Of a DNA stretch of 56,428 nucleotides, positions 47,465 to 56,428 are shown piece after piece. Where the stretch lies: contig CAIRBL010000080.1 in assembly GCA_903876815.1 (NCBI GenBank), positions 1-56,428 of the forward strand, read 5' to 3'. Below the pieces are notes generated by a model, which was given only the letters and a program-made list of their open reading frames with translations, searched no databases and was not told where the DNA came from. How positions within the stretch are numbered: position 1 is the first letter of the stretch; each line of letters opens with the position of its first letter. The position numbers and the translations under genes are program-made. The DNA is from an uncultured bacterium (GTDB lineage Bacteria; Patescibacteriota; Patescibacteriia; UBA1558; GWA2-36-10).

Positions 47465-47914
47465 TTATTCTAAAACTAAATATTCCAAACCTTGTGGTAC
47501 AATTTTTGAGTAAGCTAAGACAATTTCTAAATCATCTGGTAATTCTTTTGCTAAAATGTCTCTGACAGCTTGTAAGTCTTTGGTATATTGTTGCTCTTCT
47601 GCTTGCTGTGAAGCAAAAGCATGACTACCACCATAGCCACCACAATCCCAGTGCCAAAGTAATAATAATTTTTTTACTCCATGCAAACCACGAGAGACAG
47701 TCACAATCTTCTCTACCAGCGATGTTTTAAAACCATTTAATTTCAAAACCTCTTTAGCTGCTCCTGGCCAAGAAAATAAATCAAAATCTGTATAACCTAA
47801 ACCTTTTTCGACAAATTCTTGATCAGAAGTTCGAAAACGAAAATCCACACATTTAATAACTGCCAAAGGACATTCGTGTTTTTGTAAATTATCATTAGGT
47901 ATTGTGTATTTCAT
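47465..47914 (-). CDS. beta-carbonic-anhydrase-like zinc protein (native composition), last gene of the atp transcription unit
   Basis: IKCVDFRF (CxDxR) and LLLLWHWDCGGYGGS (HxxCG) match the beta-CA zinc-ligand motifs. Starts 12 nt after the atpC stop. Confidence 0.5.
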   Translation of the reverse strand: MKYTIPNDNLQKHECPLAVIKCVDFRFRTSDQEFVEKGLGYTDFDLFSWPGAAKEVLKLNGFKTSLVEKIVTVSRGLHGVKKLLLLWHWDCGGYGGSHAFASQQAEEQQYTKDLQAVRDILAKELPDDLEIVLAYSKIVPQGLEYLVLE

Positions 47915-47926
47915 ATTTTTAAAAAG

Positions 47927-48361
47927 TTATTGCAAATTATGCATACCTTTTTGTTTGTATTTTCTCGCCACTCGCAAACGATTCAATTCTTTTTCTAAAG
48001 TAGCTGACAACATGGCAAATTGCTCACTATCAACATGTTCTTCTTTCAAAGCAGCTTCAGCGCGCTGTCTTGCTTCCTCTGCTCGCTGCTCATCAATATC
48101 AGCTGCATACTCTGCACGGTCTGCTAAAATAATCACCTCATCAGGCAAAACCTCAATAAAACCACCAAAGACCGCCATCAAACTTACTTCTTTGTTCTGA
48201 TGTTTGACAATAATCTCTCCTGGCGCCAACTGGCTAATAAGGGGCAAATGATGGGGCAAAATGGTAATTTGGCCAGAAGTCGTCGAAACAGACAGCTGGT
48301 CAACCTCATCGGTCAAAACCACTCTTTCTGGGGTAACTATTTTTAGCTTAAATTTATCCAT
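47927..48361 (-). CDS. atpC: F1 ATP synthase epsilon subunit
   Basis: LKIVTPERVV..GQITILPHHLPLIS plus a helical C-terminal domain. Position after atpD. Confidence 0.9.
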   Translation of the reverse strand: MDKFKLKIVTPERVVLTDEVDQLSVSTTSGQITILPHHLPLISQLAPGEIIVKHQNKEVSLMAVFGGFIEVLPDEVIILADRAEYAADIDEQRAEEARQRAEAALKEEHVDSEQFAMLSATLEKELNRLRVARKYKQKGMHNLQ

Positions 48362-48408
48362 AAATAGAGCTTGAATATCTTAATCCTTAGTCTCAATAAT
48401 GTCAAACA

Positions 48409-50729
<2,321 letters not shown>

Positions 50730-50733
50730 AGTA

Positions 50734-52251
50734 TTAATTTTTTACAAAAGTTTCTGTTAAATCTTCAAGTAAAGTTTTTAATTTGGCTTCTACGTCATCT
50801 GTTAATGTGCCTTCAGTTTCAATATGCTTGATAAAATCTTGACCACTTTGATCCAAACTACTAAATAATTCTTTTTCAAATTTAGCCAAATCTTTTACTT
50901 CAACTTTATCAGTATAGCCATTGATGACCGCATAAATAATAGCAACTTGTTTAGCAACACTCAAAGGAGTAAATTGTGGCTGTTTTAAAATTTCGGTAAT
51001 TCTCGCACCTCTATTGAGCTGTTGTTTGGTAGCTTCATCAAGATCAGAACCAAACTGAGCAAAAGCTTCTAGCTCACGATATTGAGCTAAAGAAAGTTTC
51101 AGCTTACCAGCTACTTTTTTCATCGCTTTGATTTGCGCAGCAGAACCCACACGAGAAACCGACAAGCCAGCATTTAAGGCAGGCCTAACACCTTTATAAA
51201 ACAAATCAGTTTCTAAGAAAATCTGACCATCAGTAATAGAAATAACGTTAGTAGGGATATAAGCAGAAATATCACCAGCTTGAGTTTCAATAATCGGCAA
51301 AGAAGTCAAAGAACCACCGCCACATTCAGCGGACATTTTAGCGGAACGTTCAAGTAAACGAGAATGCAAATAAAAGACATCACCAGGATAAGCCTCACGT
51401 CCTGGAGGACGACGTAATAACAAAGAAATCTGTCTGTAAGCAACCGCATGTTTGGATAAATCATCATAAATCACCAAAACATCTTTGCCTTTATCCATAA
51501 AATATTCACCCATCGCCGTTCCTGCGTAAGGGGCAATGTATGATAAAGAAGCAGACTGAGAAGCACCAGCCAAAACAACTGTCGTATAATCCATGGCTCC
51601 GGTTTCTTGCAATTTGGCTACAATACGAGCAATTTTTGATTCTTTTTGACCAATGGCTACATAGATACAAATAACATCTTTACCTTTTTGATTGATAATA
51701 GTGTCAATTGCCAAAGCTGTTTTACCGGTCTGTCTATCACCGATAATCAACTCACGCTGACCTTTACCGATAGGAATAATAGAGTCAATAACTTTGATAC
51801 CAGTTTGCAATGGCTGAGTAACTGCTTGACGAGTAATAACACCAGGGGCAATTTTTTCTACTGGATAAAAATCTTTAGTCTTGACCACGCCCTGACCATC
51901 AAGCGGCTCACCAAGTGGGCTTAACACACGACCTACTACCGCGTCACCAACTGGCACTTGCAAAATTTTATTGGTGCGACGAACTTGATCTCCTTCTTTC
52001 AAAGTTTGATATTCACCCAAAATGATAGCGCCAACTGAAAATTCCTCTAAATTCAAGACTACACCGTAAATTTTCTCACCTTTAGAATTTTCAAACTCCA
52101 ACATTTCTGAGGCCATCACTTCGGATAAGCCAGAAATCTTGGCAATACCATCGCCAATTTCAATCACTTCACCAACAGTTTCTACTTTGGCTGTGCCTTG
52201 AAAATCTTCTAAGGCTTGCTGTAAATTTTTTACTAAATAATCGTAGGACAT
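50734..52251 (-). CDS. atpA: F1 ATP synthase alpha subunit
   Basis: GDRQTGKTA Walker [11 protein letters not shown] and [20 protein letters not shown]. Confidence 0.97.
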   Translation of the reverse strand: MSYDYLVKNLQQALEDFQGTAKVETVGEVIEIGDGIAKISGLSEVMASEMLEFENSKGEKIYGVVLNLEEFSVGAIILGEYQTLKEGDQVRRTNKILQVPVGDAVVGRVLSPLGEPLDGQGVVKTKDFYPVEKIAPGVITRQAVTQPLQTGIKVIDSIIPIGKGQRELIIGDRQTGKTALAIDTIINQKGKDVICIYVAIGQKESKIARIVAKLQETGAMDYTTVVLAGASQSASLSYIAPYAGTAMGEYFMDKGKDVLVIYDDLSKHAVAYRQISLLLRRPPGREAYPGDVFYLHSRLLERSAKMSAECGGGSLTSLPIIETQAGDISAYIPTNVISITDGQIFLETDLFYKGVRPALNAGLSVSRVGSAAQIKAMKKVAGKLKLSLAQYRELEAFAQFGSDLDEATKQQLNRGARITEILKQPQFTPLSVAKQVAIIYAVINGYTDKVEVKDLAKFEKELFSSLDQSGQDFIKHIETEGTLTDDVEAKLKTLLEDLTETFVKN

Positions 52252-52264
52252 AAAATTAATTATT

Positions 52265-52669
52265 TTAATTGACTAAAGATTTGTTTAAATTATTGATTTG
52301 TTTTTTGATAGATAAATCCAAAACTTGATCTTGATATTTTATTTTCATGCCTCCTAATAAACTCTCATCTATCGTCTCTTCAATGTTCAATTTTTTGTTG
52401 AGCTCTTTCTGCAAATACTTATCTATCACATTTACTGTTTCTTTATGCAAAGGGTGAGCGCTGGATATTTCTACAGCTAAAATATTGTGAGCTTCATTAT
52501 CCAGATCTTTCAAGGCTTCTAAAATATCTTTTAACAAATATAAGTAATGATGCTGTTTTAAATACAACAAAAAATTTTCCACTACCACAGCAGCTTCTTT
52601 TTTATTTTTCTCTTTCAAAGCCAAGATTACGGCAGTGGCTAAAATTTTAACTTGTTGTTTTTTGTTCAT
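52265..52669 (-). CDS. atpH: F1 ATP synthase delta (OSCP) subunit, short form
   Basis: Position between atpF and atpA. C-terminal [19 protein letters not shown] matches the OSCP tail. Confidence 0.75.
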   Translation of the reverse strand: MNKKQQVKILATAVILALKEKNKKEAAVVVENFLLYLKQHHYLYLLKDILEALKDLDNEAHNILAVEISSAHPLHKETVNVIDKYLQKELNKKLNIEETIDESLLGGMKIKYQDQVLDLSIKKQINNLNKSLVN

Positions 52670-52677
52670 GATTTTGC

Positions 52678-53181
52678 TTAATTTTTTTCCTTAAGGTCAT
52701 GCAGGGCTTGTTTGATATATTTTTGATCAATTTCTTTGCTTAGATTTTTTGATAAAATCTTATCTAAAGCCAAAACTAACATTTGGGAAAACTCTTTTTT
52801 GGCCTCCACAAACATTTTTTCTTTTTCTTGACTGATTTGTTCTTTAGCTTTAGCGACAACCACCTCTACTTCAGATTTGGCTTTATCTAGAGTCAGCTTT
52901 CGATTTGCTTCTGCCTGAATATTTGCCTTTTCCAAAATAAGCATAGCCTCTTTTTTAGCTTCATTTAACTGTGCTTTAGCGTCTTTTTCTACAGCCAACA
53001 ATCTATCTTCTGCAATTCGTGCATTGTCTAAGCCTGAGGCTATTTCTTGATTACGACTTTCCATAGTCTTTAGTAATGGACGAATAGCAAAACGCCACAA
53101 GACAAAAAAGACAATAGCAAAATTCACAATTTGCGCTAACATCAATTTCCAATTGACCCCAAATAATTCTAAAATTTCCAT
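52678..53181 (-). CDS. atpF: Fo ATP synthase b subunit
   Basis: MEILELFGVNWKLMLAQIVNFAIVFFVLWRF TM helix followed by a long charged helix. ATG at 53181 (track start 53214 is TTG). Confidence 0.85.
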   Translation of the reverse strand: MEILELFGVNWKLMLAQIVNFAIVFFVLWRFAIRPLLKTMESRNQEIASGLDNARIAEDRLLAVEKDAKAQLNEAKKEAMLILEKANIQAEANRKLTLDKAKSEVEVVVAKAKEQISQEKEKMFVEAKKEFSQMLVLALDKILSKNLSKEIDQKYIKQALHDLKEKN

Positions 53182-53247
53182 AATTTCTTTTTTAAAAACT
53201 TTAGCTTGGCTCAAAATATTTTTGAGCCAATAAAAACTTTCAAAAAA

Positions 53248-53534
<287 letters not shown>

Positions 53535-53590
53535 TTAATTAATACTTAATGCTTATTTACTAAAAAAATAAACAAACATCAAATATCAAT

Positions 53591-54508
53591 TTAATGCTCA
53601 TGAGAATGTGAGCTAGCAGCAATAGTAAAATAAACTAAAGTTAAAATGGCAAAAATCAAAGCCTGAATTACGCCAACGATGATTTCTAAAAACATAAAAG
53701 GCAAAGGCACGCCCCAAGCTACCATAGCAGAAATAGAAGAAAGCAAAACTTCACCAGCAAACACATTACCAAACAAACGAAAAGATAGGGAAGCAATTTT
53801 GGCAAATTCAGAAATAATTTCAATCAAACCGACAAAGAAAGTGATAGGGTTTACTAAAATAATAGTTGGCTCTTTTACAATTTTTTTAGGAATTTCAAGT
53901 AAGGCTTTGATATTTACAAATTTATTAAAATACTCCCAAGCACCGACAGACAAGACGCCAAAAATATTAGCACCCACCACTGCAAAAATACCTAAAGCTA
54001 AAGTAGTATTTAAATCGGCTGTACCACCGCGAAAAATATGATGACCACCAAAACTAACAGAGCCTATGCCCGGCACCAAGCCCAACCAATTGTTGATCAA
54101 AATAAAAACAAAAATCGAAAAAACTACTGGAAAAGCTTTTTTGCTTTTTTGTCTATCATTGGTCACCAAATCCATCATCCCTAGAGCACCATCAATCACT
54201 ACTTCAATAAAACTTTGAAAAACACCAGGAATTCTTTTGGTCTGTTTACGAATAATGATAGATAATAAAATAATCAAAAAAACCGCTACCCAAGAAGTTA
54301 TCAGTGAATTTGTCACCGGAAAACTTCCGATATGAGTAACCGGTTCTGCATATAAAGTTATTTCATGAGATTCAGCATGCTCACCCTCGGCTGCATGCTC
54401 ACTGTCTAAAAGCGCCTCATCATTTGTATGAGTGTCTAGCTCTAAATCAGCTGAACTATTATGTTCAATATTTTCTTCTATTGTATGACTATTATCTTCG
54501 CTGGTCAT
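53591..54508 (-). CDS. atpB: Fo ATP synthase a subunit with an acidic, His-rich N-terminal extension of about 60 aa
   Basis: SLSFRLFGNVFAGE (essential Arg) and the C-terminal TM bundle. Overlaps the upstream ORF by 17 nt. Confidence 0.9.
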   Translation of the reverse strand: MTSEDNSHTIEENIEHNSSADLELDTHTNDEALLDSEHAAEGEHAESHEITLYAEPVTHIGSFPVTNSLITSWVAVFLIILLSIIIRKQTKRIPGVFQSFIEVVIDGALGMMDLVTNDRQKSKKAFPVVFSIFVFILINNWLGLVPGIGSVSFGGHHIFRGGTADLNTTLALGIFAVVGANIFGVLSVGAWEYFNKFVNIKALLEIPKKIVKEPTIILVNPITFFVGLIEIISEFAKIASLSFRLFGNVFAGEVLLSSISAMVAWGVPLPFMFLEIIVGVIQALIFAILTLVYFTIAASSHSHEH

Positions 54509-54797
54509 GGTTTATGCTTTCTTTATCTTCTTCTACTTTTTTATCTTGTTTATTTACTTGCTTTAAATATTTCATACCGACAATACCGATGCCAACACAG
54601 GAGATGACAAAAGCCAAAGCTGTTAAACTTAAAAAATATAAATAGCCTGTATCATATTTAGCATCCATTGCACGGCCAGCAAACAAAGCTATGACAACCG
54701 GCACAGCTACCCAGCCGCTCATTTCCGCAAAAGCACTCAAAGCTAACTTAGTAAACTCTTTATCTGCTTCTTTATTGTTTTTGGAAAAAAAATTCAT
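54492..54797 (-). CDS. AtpZ/AtpI-like small membrane protein of the atp operon
   Basis: EMSGWVAVPVVIALFAGRAMDAKYDTGYLYFLSLTALAFVISCVG resembles the ATPase_gene1 pattern. Lies upstream of atpB. Confidence 0.6.
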   Translation of the reverse strand: MNFFSKNNKEADKEFTKLALSAFAEMSGWVAVPVVIALFAGRAMDAKYDTGYLYFLSLTALAFVISCVGIGIVGMKYLKQVNKQDKKVEEDKESINHDQRR

Positions 54798-54800
54798 AAG

Positions 54801-55079
54801 CTATTCTTCTAAATCTTTAACTTTGCCAATTTTGGCCAAATCATCGGAATAAGCGCCTAAAAGATTATCAATCTCCGTCTTGATCACTACATAAAGGAGT
54901 AATAAAGAAATCACAGCTGCTACAATAACCATTGCAACTGACAACCAAGTATATTCTTGGCACAAAGCTGTCAAAAAATTAAAGCGACAACCATAAAAAG
55001 CAAACCCGATAAAAAAAGCTACAATAGCCAATAAACGAAAAATTAACATGCTGGTCGACGATTTACTTTTGATGGGCAT
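54801..55079 (-). CDS. hypothetical three-TM membrane protein, first gene of the atp transcription unit
   Basis: Hydrophobic helices only. 26 nt downstream of the predicted promoter. Confidence 0.5.
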   Translation of the reverse strand: MPIKSKSSTSMLIFRLLAIVAFFIGFAFYGCRFNFLTALCQEYTWLSVAMVIVAAVISLLLLYVVIKTEIDNLLGAYSDDLAKIGKVKDLEE

Positions 55080-55105
55080 AAATGTTTAAAAACAATAGCG
55101 CCATC

Positions 55106-55134
55106 AGTATACATCAGGCGCATGAATTAGTCAA
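55106..55134 (-). promoter_or_regulatory. sigma70-type promoter of the atp operon
   Basis: TTGACT (55134..55129), 17 nt, TATACT (55111..55106). Confidence 0.55.
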
Positions 55135-55176
55135 TATATTTTTTGTTAAATTTAGCTAAAAATAAGGAAAAATAGG

Positions 55177-55584
55177 CTAAAAAGGCTTAAAATTTTGTTT
55201 TAATAAATTCTGTAAAGGCAGAAAACAAGGGTTTGGTAAATTGTCCCAATCAAACCACTCCCATTGCTCACATTTTTCTGGCTCCATTGCTTGAACCTCA
55301 CCTGCCGCATAATCAGTCATCATAAAAAGTGTAATATAATGTTTTCCCTCTTTGACAAAAATATCATTAGTCGCTGAAGCAAATCTAATATTTTTTATTT
55401 CAATGCCCGTTTCTTCCATAACCTCTCTTTTAGCACAATCTTCCCAAGATTCATTCATTTCTAAATGGCCACCCGGAAAAGCCCAATCACCTTCACCGTG
55501 AGCATTTTTTCTTTTGCCAAGCAAAATTTTATTATCTTTGATGATGATAACACCCACACCTACTCCTGGTCTATTTTGTTCCAT
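55177..55584 (-). CDS. Nudix hydrolase
   Basis: Nudix box GGHLEMNESWEDCAKREVMEETGI. Confidence 0.9.
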   Translation of the reverse strand: MEQNRPGVGVGVIIIKDNKILLGKRKNAHGEGDWAFPGGHLEMNESWEDCAKREVMEETGIEIKNIRFASATNDIFVKEGKHYITLFMMTDYAAGEVQAMEPEKCEQWEWFDWDNLPNPCFLPLQNLLKQNFKPF

Positions 55585-55613
55585 ATAGTTAAAATTATAC
55601 TTAAATCAACCAA

Positions 55614-55640
55614 ATTCCGCCCCGCGTCGCGGGGCGGAAT
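55614..55640 (-). terminator. terminator of rmuC
   Basis: 12-bp GC-rich stem ATTCCGCCCCGC / GCGGGGCGGAAT with a 3-nt loop. TTTGGTTGATTT follows on minus. Confidence 0.7.
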
Positions 55641-55650
55641 AAAATGTTAA

Positions 55651-56428
55651 TTACTCTATTCTTGGTTTTTCTATTTCTTCCAGTTCAAGTGCTCCACCCT
55701 GGCCACTGATTTTCAAAACATCTTTATCTATTTTCTTAAACTCTTTATTACTTAAATTATAAGTATTGACCACTGTACCAAGTTGTGCACCAACTTTTTT
55801 ATGATACTCTGCGTAAACTAATAAATGCGTGCTAAGTTTTTCCACATTGGCTCTGATTTCTTTGGCTGACTCCTCTATCTGGAGAGCACGTAAACCCTGC
55901 AAAACTGTTTGTAAATAAGCAGCAAAAGTAGTTGGAGACACAATGATGACTTTGCGTTCATTAAAAGCATAGTCGATCAAACTTCTGGTGTTGACTTTGA
56001 CTGCGCCTACTTCATTGATAAGCAAATCATAATAAATACCTTCAGCGGGAATAAACATAAAAGCAAAGTCTAAAGTACTTTCAGATGGACGGATATATTT
56101 AGCAGTTTCATCAATACGTTTTTTCAAATCATTTTTAAACTCTTTTTCTAGTTCTTTTTTCTTTTCAACATTTTCTTCAGAAATAATACGACGATAATTT
56201 TCTAAAGAAAATTTCGCATCAACTGGCAAAATTTTGTCTTTGATTTTTACCGCGGCATCAACTGCTTCACCGTTTTTGAAACGATATTGCATTTCATAGC
56301 TTTGCGGTGGCAAAATATTTGATAAAATCATTTCCAAACTTGCCTCACCTAAAGATCCTCTGTTTTTAGAATTCGTCAAAACTTTTTCCAGATTTGAAAG
56401 CTGATCAGTAAAACTCACTACTTGTTTA
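55651..56428 (-). CDS. rmuC: DNA recombination protein RmuC, C-terminal part (frame open to the right edge)
   Basis: NRGSLGEASLEMILSNILP and the PD-(D/E)XK-like DAAVKI..PVDAKF region typical of RmuC. No stop between the GTG at 56418 and the window end. Confidence 0.8.
   Translation of the reverse strand, partial: KQVVSFTDQLSNLEKVLTNSKNRGSLGEASLEMILSNILPPQSYEMQYRFKNGEAVDAAVKIKDKILPVDAKFSLENYRRIISEENVEKKKELEKEFKNDLKKRIDETAKYIRPSESTLDFAFMFIPAEGIYYDLLINEVGAVKVNTRSLIDYAFNERKVIIVSPTTFAAYLQTVLQGLRALQIEESAKEIRANVEKLSTHLLVYAEYHKKVGAQLGTVVNTYNLSNKEFKKIDKDVLKISGQGGALELEEIEKPRIE

Overview
The window is AT-rich (about one-third G+C by eye) and very gene-dense. Nearly all genes are on the minus strand; the exception is a small plus-strand block at 29574..33247. 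Most of it is housekeeping: purA (partial), ndk, comEC, prfB, htrA, nrdR-ftsZ-ftsA, dgkA-ybeY, rpsU-yqeY, hisS, lepB, der, pth, pepA, secE-nusG-rplK-rplA, gyrB, pheST, a complete F1Fo ATP synthase operon, a Nudix hydrolase and rmuC (partial). Several traits fit a reduced-genome CPR/Patescibacteria-like bacterium, though this is an inference: native genes lack Shine-Dalgarno sequences, proteins are compact, comEC is present, and surface proteins carry T4SS-pilin-like N-terminal modules. The genetic code looks standard, because prfB is present and TGA is used as a stop. I recognised no rRNA, tRNA, CRISPR array, transposase or integrase. Four regions stand out. (1) A cobalamin riboswitch (about 10880..11000, minus) has its own promoter and terminator and drives a secreted transcobalamin-like protein plus a membrane-anchored Ig-like protein, with no known B12 transporter in the operon. 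(2) An 11.7-kb cluster of four surface-protein genes (14836..26584) includes a 2654-aa giant protein and sits between rpsU-yqeY and ybeY-dgkA. (3) A 1.1-kb cassette (46295..47403) is compositionally foreign (about 55% GC) and rich in Shine-Dalgarno sequences. It has three small ORFs, one of which is a divergent paralog of the neighbouring native beta-carbonic-anhydrase-like gene at the end of the atp operon. (4) Three reading-frame breaks all lie at homopolymer runs: comEC, der, and a GC-rich small ORF. All coordinates and motifs were read by hand. No database search or folding program was run.
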